A stretch of 63,976 nucleotides of DNA, filler included, from Reticulomyxa filosa (GCA_000512085.1; 28 parts of 28 records of this genome joined end to end with filler, not necessarily neighbours in it), one strand, 5' to 3'. Positions 51,329-63,976 are shown, counted from the whole stretch's first letter. Made by a program: numbers and translations. The notes: generated by a model from the sequence alone, not told the origin.

Positions 51329-52195
51329 AAGGATTGATAATGATTATATAACATATATTTCAAATACTCATTTTTTTTTTGTGATTACAATATACAAAAA
51401 AAGTAATCACTCACAATGTCTATTTAACTTTGATTAATTTTTCTTTTACTTTCATTTGTTAAAACACTAGAAAAAAATTTTAAAAAGATCATTCATTTAT
51501 AAAAAGCCAAAGTTCTGGCAGAAAAAAACTCGCAAATTTTAACAAACTTCAACAATGTTAAACATTAACTTTCGATACGATGTTCGCTCCTTTTTTTTTT
51601 AGATCGAGTCAATTAAAAATAATAATTTGAAAAACTAAATAGAAAATATATTTTAAAAAAATTAAAAAGATTTGTAAATTATGTAAATTAACAAAATCAT
51701 TGTTATTATACAATAATTTTAATATATAGTAAAAAACGAAAAAATATATCTAAATAAGATATCAAATGATATAATTAATGTGATTGAACAACTGTTTAAA
51801 TGTCGAATTGCCCTATTGTCTTATGTGAGTACCAATGATTACGGATTAGAAGGGACTGTGAGTCTTTGTTTTTTAAATTTTCCTTTTTCACTTTTATCAA
51901 AATTTTCCTGGCTTTCTTGTCTTTGCATTTTGGGAATTATTTTATTCATCACATAATGAATCATTTTTCTGTTAAATAATTTTTTTTTGCATAAAAAACA
52001 TGAAAAAGCTATGGATGACCGAAATTATATATATATAGTTGTTCAATTGTATAAAAACGACATAAACTTAAGCATATAGAATATCACATATGTATACTTA
52101 GATTTCACATCTTTTATACTACGCGATTTTGTTTGCCTTTTAGTCTGTCGTTTTTTTTTTTAAGTTGATAAGCATACATCATCATCAAAGGGAAA

Positions 52196-52832
52196 ATGTC
52201 AGAATTACAAGCTCTTCATCGTTTATATAAACAATTGCAGCGTTTCTCTCACTTACAGCAGCTCCACAGTGTGTTATCACGAGATATAACAGGTTTGCGA
52301 GACAAAGTGAAGCGAGCGATGGAATCAGCACGAAAAGAAATGACGTTTTTCCAGTGGTGTCGTCGCGACAAATTGGACGAGCCATACCCGTTTCCATCCA
52401 CTAGTTCTGCCCAGTCAATGTCATATGACCAGGTACAACAACAACAATGATAACAAAAAATATTATCAAATAAATGGAATAAAAAACCCATATTCATTGA
52501 AATGAACACGACAATGTAACAGCTATTATTTTATCGTTTGTTAATTTCGTATTTGCACGATCATCCTCAGGAAATGGGATCAATAGTAGTAAGTTTAAAT
52601 GATATTGACAAGACACCCAAGGAAAATACATTGGAGCATTTATATTTTGAAAATGAATCAAGTTTGGCAGAGTGTGTAGTATTTGAGATCATGGGTGCAG
52701 ATGTAGATGCGTTGGTATTGATGTTGCATCAAATACTGTCAGGAAGTAACAATTTGACAAAAATTGGTCAGAAAATTTTGCAATTGTTTATCATTTTAAC
52801 GTCTTACAATATCATTGATAGCTTATTTCGGT

Positions 52833-52867
<35 letters not shown>

Positions 52868-53294
52868 CTTTGTGCATCTTATTCAATATACATATAATAT
52901 TTTTGCACCGCAAAAGCGGCAAAAATAAAAATAAAAATAAAAATGAAAAAAAGATTGGTTTGAAACACACATATATTACACAAAAAGACCCTATTTAAGT
53001 AGTGTATATGAATTGAAAGAGAAGTTTGAAGAACCGCCCCGTGACGTGGGTGAGGTAGTCCAACAATCCAAATTATTTAAATGTTGTGAAGAGGTGTTGA
53101 AATGCATATTCGAAGCAATTCGAATACTGCCACAGCCACTGAGACAAGTGATTATTCGAATGAAAGAGCGAGTGAAGCAATCTCCTTCGCTGTTGTTGGA
53201 ATGGCTTTTATCCGTTGTGTTCTGTCCCTTGTTGTCCAGTCCGGACAATTGGCTGGTCGTCATTGCCAATCCGCCTTTGTCCCGCGATATCGCC
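52196..53294 (+). CDS. RasGAP-fold protein N-terminal region (GAPVD1-like?), 3'-partial
   Basis: Three exons: an N-terminal helix, YYRLLISYLHDHPQEMGSIV, and CEEVLKCIFEAIRILPQPLRQVI...LLSVVFCPLLSSPD, resembling the RasGAP LP..LR and CPAI.SP segments. Confidence 0.55.
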
Positions 53295-54997
53295 NNNNNN
53301 NNNNNNNNNNNNNNNNNNNNNNNNNNNNNNNNNNNNNNTTAATTAATTAANNNNNNNNNNNNNNNNNNNNNNNNNNNNNNNNNNNNNNNNNNNNTGTTTC
53401 TTAGTGCACAATTGACAGCTAAAAAAAGATCACCATAAAATGAACCAATTATTAACTATTTAATGTTAAGATCTCTGATCGATAATGATACTTAGCTAAG
53501 TATTTATTATTATTTTGTTATTGTCATTATTGTTCAAATGGACGAAATGTGTCGTTTAGGTCAACTGCAACAATCGAGGAACACATTGTTAAACAAACAC
53601 TTGACAAATTGAAATATGATAATTCAGATTTCGCAAAACAAAGCAACAATAATTACAGCAAGTCTGTGATGCCAGTGGAAATTTCTCCGGTACAACGGGC
53701 AAATACACATTCGGATTTGCGTCTATAGATATAAGCTGTTAGAAAACATCAATACACTGCAAAATACTGCAAAAAAGCTGTTGAAAGACGACGAAGTATA
53801 TCGCTCGTTATATACGATCAATCTTAGCAAAAGAACTACATATCTGATATGAATGCTTCATCTGTTCTTGCTTCTTAAATTTTGATTCCGACGTAATAGT
53901 ACAGAAACCAATGTTTACAATGCGTTGTCCTTTTTTTAATCAATAAATTGACAAATAAGGTATTTACTTAAAAGAGAATAGGAGTTTTCGTAAAACAAAA
54001 GTAAATTAAATAATAAAACGGAACAACAAAAGGAAAGTAAAGAAAAGTAAGAAGTAAGTTGTTGACGAAGTTTAACCACTGGGGATTCCTCAGTTCCATT
54101 GACGTTCAGATACTCATAATATGTGCTTGCCCTAAAGACACTAACTAAAACGATTTGAACGCTTTGAAGTTGCAACTATACGTTTGCGTCCAAAAGTATT
54201 GATTATAATATTCGTTTGTGATTTGCTGTCCACGAGCAAATTGAATTTGTTCGACTACACTTACGTAGTCAAAAGCAACAGCTGTTACTACCCTTCATCT
54301 GTCGACAGCATTGAGTATTTATATGATTTTTGCTTTCTATGATGACTACACACATGCGTCGCCTGGAACACCATGTCCGCCATATCATTTGTACACGTGG
54401 ACGTTTCTCTTCCACTAGTCAAAGATGCAGTATCACATGACGAATAGAAATAAAGTTTGTAAATATACAAAAAAGCAAAACACTTTGTTGTTGTGCTTAT
54501 GCAGAATGATTTGCTGATTGGTTATTCCTTTTCTTTTTCATAAGGTATTATTATATTGAAAGAACGGAAAAAATTCTGTAAATTTGCAAGCAAAAGAGAT
54601 TTTTTTTCAACTTATCTACGTCATTTCAAGTTTTCGAACAAAGCATTAAGATTTGTCAATTCTAGCAATGTCATCTTTTTTTGCAGTTGATTGCATCTTT
54701 TGAAAAATATGAATTGCTTTATTTCAGACGAGGAATCAGATTGAAACAGATAAGTAATTGGAACAAAGATCACAATATTATATATGGACTTCGAGACTTA
54801 GCAAAAAATTACGATTATTCGATTGAAAAGATGTCATTTTTCAGCACGATGAAGACCACAGCAGAGATGTTAAAACGTGCTAACAATAATAGATTCGAGT
54901 CCAAACGTATAAATAGTAACAACAAAAAAAAATAAAACCATTAACAAGGTCCAGCGATAACAATTTTTTATTAACAGAAAAAATTAAGTGCAATAGT

Positions 54998-56671
54998 TCA
55001 AATAAATTTGCCATTTAGGACGTCAACTACATGAAATGTGTTTTGTTGAGAATCCCAGCAGACGCCAAAATTGTGTTGATTGTCAGCATTTGCATATTGT
55101 TTGCACTTTGAGCGAAACATTTTATCTTGGAAAGTTTTCAATTCAAACTCTTCGGCAGTTTTGTTATATGTTAAAAGGAAGGGCGTGTTTTCATCCAACT
55201 TGTGGGCACATTTTTTCAACCAAGTTAGCAAGCGATTCAATAAAATTAAAGACCCAGTAGCAGCTGTCTTTAGTCGCTTGTCAGAAAACAAGATTTCATC
55301 AGTGGGATATTTCTATAGTCTCCCCAAACACGTATACACAAAAAAAAAATAATAATGATCAATCAATAGAAAAAAAATAAAAATAAAAATTAACAGTAAT
55401 GGATTTGACAAAATGCTCTTCACGAAGTGCCAGGAAAAAATATTGCACGCCACCAAAGAAGCATTGGGACCACAAAGATAACAGGAAGCTGTAATGAAAC
55501 TGTTTAATCGGATCTTTTGGGTATTTCTGTTGAAGGAACTGACTGGGCTTTTTCAACTTAATTTCCGCACAATCACATGACGAAGCGTTTTTCACATAGC
55601 CAAAGGCATTGCGTGTCACTGAAGGTTTGTCCACAGACATACAAGCGTCCATTTCCGCAGAAATGAGTAGACGATGTTTTTCTGACACTAGCATTTCCAT
55701 CACCCGACGTGTTTCACCTTTTCATTATATCAACCATTCCAAATGTACGTATATATATATGTACATATATACGTATACATATGTGTACGAGCATAAATAT
55801 ATAAAATACCATGATGACAAATGGACGACAATTGACATGGAGTCGAAACAAGCTGGTCATGATTGCGGTCGGACGTGGCATTGGTTAGCAAATGTTCGAA
55901 ACAGAATCCATAAAGAGCGGGTATATTTTCAATGATGGGTTGATGACGTTTCGTCTGTATGTTTTCCAGCCGCAGTATGTTTTGTTTGTGATTCACCATG
56001 ACGATAATGTGAATGGGATTGACGACGCCCTTTTTTTCAAAAAGAGGGATCAACAACTGACGAAGGTTGTGTCGATATGTTACTATCGTATAGTTTTGTT
56101 CCCTTTCATCTTTTTCTCTTTCTCTTGCTTTTTGCTGTTCTTTGTTGGCTGCAAACACCGAGTCCGATGATGCATGCTCGGAAGCTTCGAGACACTTGAA
56201 GTATACGTCCAGTATCGTTTTCCCACCAAAATTGTCATAGGCCATAAAATCGAAATTGGTGACGTTTTCGTCTTTTTGCAATGTCGTTCCTGCTTCAATA
56301 TCTCCCGCTGTGTAAACTACATTTCTGTTAACATTTACTTTTTCTTTTTCTTCTCTTTCTTCTCTTTCTTCTTCTCCTTTTTCTTTTATGCTTACATTTG
56401 TCTTTGCGTTCTCTTGGCTGTCCTTTGACTGCTCTAGACTTGTCCCGATCGTAAACGGTAATGTACTCAGATTGGTTGAAGCCAGTCGTGACCAATCGGA
56501 TCGTATTTCTTTTGGACTTTTTATTATGCTCGCCTTGTCTACGTCTTGCCGGTAGAAGGCCATATGCTTTCGTGAAATCTGTGGAACTCGATACTGATTC
56601 GCATCGTACAAAGGACACGAACTGTTGTTTTTCTTTGCTTGTTCGCTGTTCACACGGAACATAGAACACAC
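54998..56671 (-). CDS. DXO/Rai1/Dom3Z family decapping exoribonuclease
   Basis: Ordered motifs VTYRHNL, YGFCFE, LLISAEMD, AEIK and WSQCFFGGV...ALR. Introns 55718-55809 and 55313-55394 join three ORFs in frame. The start codon is uncertain. Confidence 0.85.
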
Positions 56672-57256
56672 TTAATCCTTTCCACATTTTTACCTGATTA
56701 ATCCTGTTTCCATTACTTTATTACGCTCAATAAAACAATTTACAAGTAATAATTCACTTCTCAATATTAATGTCGCTAGTATATATTACAATATTATTTT
56801 TTGACAACCTTTTTTTAATTTTAAAACCTTTTAGACAAACAAATTTTTGTTTGTTTTTAGATATATTGTTATATGACTCCGCTCCAAAGGGGCACAGCCC
56901 AACTACAAAACGTAAATAAATTGAAAAGTTGTTAAAAAGAACAAATGACATCAAATTAAACACTTTTCCTTTCTTTCTTAAAATTAACACATAACTAAAA
57001 AATCAGTAAAAAATTTGTTAATTCTCAAACAACGTCCAGATGCAGCGAGTAATTTGTTCCAACCAACCACAAACAGATTGCTTAATGAAAAGTGCTTGAT
57101 ATTTTTATCAACTGTGTAGGGAAAGTCCCTATTATAAATCCCCAACTACTAACGGANNNNNNNNNNNNNNNNNNNNNNNNNNNNNNNNNNNNNNNNNNNN
57201 TTAATTAATTAANNNNNNNNNNNNNNNNNNNNNNNNNNNNNNNNNNNNNNNNNNNN

Positions 57257-57808
57257 CACCCGTGGTGTATCGGGTTGCTCGGGAATCGTCTGCATCGTGA
57301 GCTCGATCGTCTCGCCGACCGCGAGCCGCCGTTTCTTCAGGAGCGAGTGGAGCTTCTCCGCAACCTGCTTGCGCTCGCCTTCCGCCACGTCGATGTCGGC
57401 CAGCATCTTCTCGACCGTATCGCCTTTCTCGAGGCGCAACGTCAGTTCGTAGATGTCGCTGGCCGGCGGCTCCGCATCGGCGGAGGAGGCTTCCGGTGGC
57501 TTCATCTGGAAGCCGCGGAGATCGAGCGGCGCCGATTTCCCGAAATCGGCTGCCGTCACGGGCGGCGCCGGCTGGGAATCCACGAGGATCACGGGAACCG
57601 ACGGGGCCTGCGCCGGTTGCTGGATTGCAGGGGCAGGCTCGGCCGGGGGCGGCAGAGACGCGATCTGCGGGTTGGATCGATGGCTGAGGATAAGCCCTCC
57701 CATCGCCAGGCCAATGACGCCGATCGCGAAGAGGACAGGCCGGAACAGCCCAAAAGCCGGTCCGTCGGGGCTTTTCGGCCGATCCGACGGAGAGGGGAAA
57801 TCCGTCAT
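57257..57808 (-). CDS. Bacterial M23-family peptidase-like N-terminus (TM anchor, Pro-rich linker, LysM/OapA-like segment), 3'-partial
   Basis: High GC, no introns, LRLEKGDTVEKMLADIDV..RRLAVGETIEL, divergent from an rRNA operon. The catalytic domain is not in the contig. Confidence 0.65.
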
Positions 57809-57998
57809 GACCGCTGACCTATTTCGGGCCCGGTAGGTCCAGGCCTCGGGTTAGGGGGGGTGCCGGAGCCGAAAAATCTGTCGTCGCCGGCCTCGCTACA
57901 TATTGATGCCGGAAACGCTTCCGGCGCACAACAATACAATAGGTTCCAAGAGCCTTTTGGCGATTCCGAGTCATCGTTACGGATTCGTAAATTTCTCG

Positions 57999-58027
57999 TT
58001 GACGGTCTGAAGGGGTACCCATATAAG
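57999..58027 (+). promoter_or_regulatory. Sigma70-type rRNA operon promoter
   Basis: TTGACG-N17-TATAAG followed by a GC-rich discriminator, about 290 nt upstream of the 16S gene. Confidence 0.75.
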
Positions 58028-58312
58028 CCCGGCTCCCGACGACGAGCGGGGCCGCCGAGAGCGCTTCAGAGATTGAGGCGCACGGGTCGAAAGATCCGGG
58101 GGTAGCGAAGCTCGACGAAGGTCCCGGCCCGAGGGTCGTGTGTTCTATGCATCGTTTGTTAGGAAAGGGATACGCCGGCGGCGGCGATCATGAAGTGCTT
58201 CGGCATGGAATGTTTTCGTCGTCGCTAGTTCGGAAATTCGACGTAAGTTGGATAGAGTAATTAGTGACGGGATCTCGCTCTTCTAATTCTTCGGAATGAT
58301 GAAGAGTACGTT

Positions 58313-58589
58313 AAACTTGAGAGTTTGATCCTGGCTCAGAACGAACGCTGGCGGCAGGCTTAACACATGCAAGTCGAACGCGTGTAGCAATACACGAGTG
58401 GCGCACGGGTGAGTAACGCGTGGATATCTGCCTTTTGGTTCGGAATAACTCCGGGAAACTGGAGCTAATACCGGATGGTTCCTACGGGATAAAGATTTAT
58501 CGCCAAAAGATGAGTCCGCGTACGATTAGCTAGTTGGTGGGGTAATGGCCCACCAAGGCGACGATCTGTAGCTGGTCTGAGAGGACGAC

Positions 58590-58647
<58 letters not shown>

Positions 58648-58648
58648 T

Positions 58649-58679
<31 letters not shown>

Positions 58680-58779
58680 TGCCGCGTGCAGGATGAAGGC
58701 CTTCGGGTTGTAAACTGCTTTTGTACGGAACGAAACGGCGAGCTCTAATACAGTTTGCTAATGACGGTACCGTAAGAAT

Positions 58780-58823
<44 letters not shown>

Positions 58824-58994
58824 GTGCAGCGTTAATCGGAATTACTGGGCGTAAAGCGTGCGCAGGCGGTTATGTAAGACAGATGTGAAATCCCCGGGCT
58901 AACCTGGGACCTGCATTTGTGACTGCATAGCTAGAGTACGGTAGAGGGGGATGGAATTCCGCGTGTAGCAGTGAAATGCGTAGATATGCGGAGG
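58313..58994 (+). rRNA. rrs: Bacterial 16S rRNA, 5' part (chimeric)
   Basis: AGAGTTTGATCCTGGCTCAG, ACTCCTACGGGAGGCAGCAG and GTGCCAGCAGCCGCGGTAATAC universal sites. Confidence 0.99.
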
Positions 58995-61399
58995 NNNNNN
59001 NNNNNNNNNNNNNNNNNNNNNNNNNNNNNNNNNNNNNNTTAATTAATTAANNNNNNNNNNNNNNNNNNNNNNNNNNNNNNNNNNNNNNNNNNNNTTATAA
59101 AATACATTTTATTTGTTGTATTATAAGTTTTTTTAATGTATGTTTATCATACCATATCCAATTGATAATTAGAAAAATAAAAAAAAACTTGCGATTCTTT
59201 TATAATAATGAATATATTGTATTTACGTTATCCATTAAATGATATTGGATTGAGAAAACATTAAAAATTGGATTAAAGTTGATCAAAATCTAAAATTTTA
59301 TATTTAATTAATAGTTGACCTATTCATATTGACACTGAAAAAATATTGACGATTGAGCTTTCTTTAAACTTTATGTTCTTGTTAAAGAGTCCCTTTCCCA
59401 ATTATTGCTAAAGTACTTTAAAAAAAATATTTGTCAAGTAAACATCTTCTTGGCTTAGACAAAAACTTTGTTGAGGCCGTGCTTTTTTGTTATTGCGTTA
59501 AAAGTATTTTTTTCTCATTTAAGATGGTATTTGCGATGTATTTTGATTTATAAACATCTTGCACATTATTTTGTTTGATAGAATAAATATAAACTCCTCA
59601 ACTCCTTTTTGCATGAAGATTCAAATATTTATTCTCTTGTATGTTTATGGAGCTATATAGTTATCCAAATTTCAGAATTTGTTTTTATTTGATAAAGCAG
59701 CAACATCAGAAACACCATGAATAGATACAGAGTCATAATAGACTCAAGATTATATCAATAATTTTTTTTTTTTCTCCTTACTATCTTTATCTACCTTTCA
59801 ACTGTTTCAAACATATAAGAGGAAAAAAAAAATGATCTATGTTTTTTCTTTTCTTTAAAAAAACATAGAGTCAAACATTAATAAAAATATATAATAGCTA
59901 AACTGGAGCTTATGACCAGCTGATTCCTAATGCGTTGGTATTATTGCCGCTGCTACTGCTCCTCCGGACGACGATGATTGTGCTGTAGTTGATTTATATG
60001 TGAAATGATAATGAAGGGAGAGTGATCCATAAATGCAATGGCAATGAAGGGGAGGGAGGAGGAAGCATTAATAAGATAATGCAGAGCTTGCACGANNNNN
60101 NNNNNNNNNNNNNNNNNNNNNNNNNNNNNNNNNNNNNNNTTAATTAATTAANNNNNNNNNNNNNNNNNNNNNNNNNNNNNNNNNNNNNNNNNNNNCGTAT
60201 TACAGTTTGCGCACATCTTTCAGCAGCAGAAAACCCACATCATCAATTTTCAAAAGAAATACACAATTATTTGCTAAATGAATCAAATGTCTTTCTTTGC
60301 ACTTTAAATGGTAAAAATATCTATAGTTTTTCTGCAATTGTTCTTTGTCTTTTTTTTCCATTTCTAGATGTGATGTACATCAATTATGCAAAAATTTTTT
60401 TCACTCATACAATATCATGCTTCTCACTTGTTATCGTACACGATTATCCGACTTGATGATATCATATTTCAATTCCAAGAGTACTACAAATAGAAAGACT
60501 AGTAAAGTGTGTAAGTGTAACACAAAAGGACTTAGTTCGAAGATAGGTAGTAAAAAGAAAGTAAATTTATAACAATAATTACAACAAAACAAAGAAAAGG
60601 GTAAACCAACGGAGAAAATGGGTTGTGTTTGTGAAGAAAGTTTAATCCACTGGGGGCTCCAAAGTTCCCTCAGAACTTTGTCACTCACAACAGCGATTTA
60701 CCTTACACCTAGGTTTGAATTGCATAATCATTTGAACAAAACCATCTGGAAAATATCTTATACCCTTCCAATTACAATTCTCTCACGATTTGCACACTAC
60801 ACTCGACTTATTTTACCATAAGGGTATATAATCGAATGTATATGGAAACAATAGTTGACAAATGTATTGTAACAGTTGCGAAATATATCATGCACATGTA
60901 CATATGTGTTCGAGTTTGAGTACGCTACAGTTTTCAAGTAGTTTTTTTTTTTTTTAAGTTTAGAATTTTTATGTCATTCGAGTTTTTTTTTTTTAGCAAG
61001 TATTCACAAAGAATAGTTCCGAATTTAGTTGCACAGAAGGAAGAAATTGAAGACGTTGTGATATCCTGAAAAAAATTGGTGAAAATGACAATTGTTTCAA
61101 AGTAAAAAACGTGAGAAAAACAAGCGCCTGTAATTTAGGCAACGAAAGTCAAGTCAAGATCAAACATAAGAGCAGATAATTAGGTCAAAGTAACCTATAC
61201 AGTTGACTGTACACAACACATATTCTCCACGTCGTGTCACTTGTCCCTCCTCTCTCTCTCTCTCTNNNNNNNNNNNNNNNNNNNNNNNNNNNNNNNNNNN
61301 NNNNNNNNNTTAATTAATTAANNNNNNNNNNNNNNNNNNNNNNNNNNNNNNNNNNNNNNNNNNNNAATAGTTAACCTCCATTTTTCACACAAATAAAAC

Positions 61400-61850
61400 T
61401 CTTCTTGTCCTGTACTTTCAGTATTGTATTTTATATTGACGACAGCACAGTATTTTAGTCATTTCAATCACTGAATTTGTGATATCGTGTTTCCATTGAA
61501 CCAATTTAAAATCTGTGTCTGGAAGTTTATTCTTTAATTGTGCCAAGAGTACAAAAATTTGAAAAAAGAGATTTGATGGGATGGATTTGATCTACTTATT
61601 CCATTAAAATATGTTTCCATAAATCTCTTTATTTTGTCCTTTTCAAGATCGGCCATAGCATCAAGATTGATAACTCTTTTACTTTTTTTTTTAAGAACAC
61701 ATTACAACATACAAAAAATATTGCTTGTAAAAAAAAGTATTGCATTTTAGACATTTCATCATAAAATATTCCATTGACTCTGTTTCTTGGGTGCACTATC
61801 TGTATTCAGGTGCTCCGTTCTTTTCAAAAAGTAAAACATTTGGTAATATT
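61400..61850 (-). pseudogene. Decayed fragment, weakly RNF213/mysterin-like
   Basis: KRFMETYFNGISRSNPSHQISFFKFLYS amid stops, recalling the NPS...F..FL..Q segment. Confidence 0.3.
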
Positions 61851-63272
61851 GGAGTCTATAGATTGAAAATTGTAAGAACAAACTACTAAAAGTTTTGACC
61901 TTTTAGAAAGTTGATTTTTAAATTATAACTTTCTTTTTCGTTAACTGTGCTTTGATTCAACGATTGTATAATCTGGCTCTTGTTTCTTGCATTCGATATT
62001 GTTTTGAGGTGTTTTTTATTTTATTTTTTGGGATACGTTATGCTTATCCTTATTTAAATTTTTCTTAAAGATAAAAAAATTATCCTTTAAATACAAAATG
62101 CCACTTAATTCGTTTTATCGAAATTGTAACAATAAATGATGGATTATTCTTAAAAAAAACAGTCAAAAAAAAGAAGACAATTGATAAATAGTAAATCTGT
62201 TTGATGATTACGCTTGTATAAACTCTTCCACAATGTTTTCCAGAACTGAATCATTTTGTTTTCAAAATTGTTCACTAACAAATAAATAAGATTAAAATCA
62301 ATAAAATGATTTAATGAAATGCCAACATGCATAATTTGTCCACCGTCAATACTATAGTCAGTTTATTTTTATCTTTATTTTCTATATTTGCATCCAATGT
62401 GTATAAATTTTATAACTAATGCTCATAAACAATCTTGAGAATAAAAATTTCACGTTTATATTTATGGAAACATCCATGATCACAATTTTCTCTTCTCATA
62501 GAAGGGATGCATCCTTAATTACCTTTATCTATTTATCATAGCAAAATTGACCACTACATGACTTTTCACCATATTGCAAAGATATGATGTAAATGAAGTA
62601 GATATGTTTATGAATAGTCGAATGATATAATTATTTTACTTGGTAATAACTCAAAGGAAGCGAAAAATTTGGAAAACTTATTACTGGCTCATTTTAAGCA
62701 GGTGGCAAATTGAGGAGTTACAGTGTTCAAAAAGTCAATGAAAAGGGACTGTCTTCAAAAAAAAAAAGATGATGGAGAAGTTGAACAATCAGCGATCCAA
62801 ATCGAAAAACTTGCTAGAAATGATACAGAAATCTTTGCACAAGAGTTTGGGACTCTTAGACTGGCAAAATNNNNNNNNNNNNNNNNNNNNNNNNNNNNNN
62901 NNNNNNNNNNNNNNTTAATTAATTAANNNNNNNNNNNNNNNNNNNNNNNNNNNNNNNNNNNNNNNNNNNNGAAGTTCCTTTTTTTGTTTTTAAACATTTA
63001 CAACTACAAAAAAAGCTGAACAACTGTTTTCAAAGATTTTGTTGAAAACTCTTTGAAAAAAAAAACTTGTAATATGTGCATGCTCAGTTTTGAACAAGTT
63101 CTTTTTAAAAATTTCTATCGCCACTGAAAAAGAAATCACACATATTGTTAAAATCCGTTTTTCATGTTGACAAAAATATTTTTGAAAACCCCCTTTCATT
63201 GCCGTCGAAAGGAAAAAAGTTCAATATCTTACATTTTACATTATCAAACACGATCTTAAGAAAAAAAACAAA

Positions 63273-63976
63273 ATGACAACTCTTGGCAATAAGAAGCGAA
63301 CTTCAACACAACTAGCGTTGGTAAGCTTTAGTACAAGCTTTCAGAAAATCTATTCCTTTTTTAATGTTTTGTTTCAAACAGTCTGAAGAAATAATCATAC
63401 AACATTGGATTCGAATATTGAAAATCAAATTAGGATGGATTAATGATCTCAACAAACTCGTTGTCAATTATGTTAGTTCATTTGTTATTCTTTTTTTTTT
63501 TAAATACAAATCAAAATATCCAAATGTTTATTCAACATAGATATATACTGTCTTCATATTTGACACATTTCGTTCATCATCCAAGTTAATTAATACATTC
63601 ACTGGACATACAGAAATTGTGTGGAGTATTGATTATTCAACATTTGATGATTGTCAATTCATTTGTTCTGGATCAGATGATAAAACAGTTCGTGTATGGG
63701 ATGTTGATAACAACAAAAAAATTCAATTATTCAATAGACATTCAAGTTATGTGTATTGTGTGAAATTTTCGTCATATCATCATCATAATCATCGTCAAAA
63801 TGTCATTTGTTCTTCGTCGTGGGATGAAACCATTCGTTTTTGGGATTTTAAACATAATAAGCAATTACAAATATTCAATGGACACACTTACAGTGTTAAT
63901 AGTATTGAATTTTCACAATTTAGTGATGGTAAATATTTGTGTTCTGGATCATTTGACAAAACAATTCGTTTATGGG
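63273..63976 (+). CDS. WD40-repeat protein of a lineage-expanded family (3'-partial)
   Basis: Exons 63273-63320, 63382-63471 and 63541-end: MTTLGNKK..|IIQHWIRILKIKLGWINDLNKLVVNY|..FTGHTEIVWSIDYS..CSGSDDKTVRVWD..FNGH..CSGSFDKTIRLW. Missed by the ORF track. Confidence 0.93.

Noticed and set aside
57257-58994. Horizontal gene transfer into the protist
   Set aside because: The entire contig is bacterial with no junction to host sequence.
60431-60700. Aminotransferase-like reading (VSDKVLRELW...PIFSVG)
   Set aside because: The resemblance is too weak and no PLP-lysine motif is present.
2606-62970. Regularly recurring TTAATTAATTAA as a repeat, CRISPR or element end
   Set aside because: It is always embedded in fixed N-runs, so it is a concatenation linker. 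ORFs ending in X..LIN and cross-spacer gene neighbourhoods are artefacts.

Overview
This is not one locus. It is 28 short contigs joined by 27 artificial spacers (N-run + TTAATTAATTAA + N-run), so genes on different contigs are not true neighbours. 27 contigs are AT-rich, intron-containing eukaryotic DNA with poly-Asn/His/Asp tracts, TA microsatellites, many decayed pseudogenes and WD40/TPR family members. These strongly resemble the foraminiferan Reticulomyxa filosa (recognition from memory, not a search). Recognisable genes, mostly partial and spliced by eye: lipase maturation factor, YIF1, a SAM/coiled-coil/TM receptor-like protein, a LOTUS+RRM protein, a 7TM receptor, a long TPR protein, a P-loop GTPase-like protein, BTB-BACK-PHR, a CCCH zinc finger, a cNMP-domain AGC kinase, a RasGAP-like protein, DXO/Rai1 and WD40 proteins. 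There is also a dead LINE reverse transcriptase and several pseudogenes (ubiquitin, SGT1-like, LRR, WD40). One GC-rich contig (57257-58994) is bacterial: an M23-peptidase-like N-terminus, an rrn promoter and a 16S rRNA that is an alpha/beta-proteobacterial chimera. The most interesting signal concerns splicing. An apparently functional U2 snRNA of about 241 nt carries an extra hairpin, an extended stem III, a U41-to-A change and a variant Sm site. Several introns lack a polypyrimidine tract and are instead U-rich at the 5' end and A-rich at the 3' end, so they could fold back on themselves.
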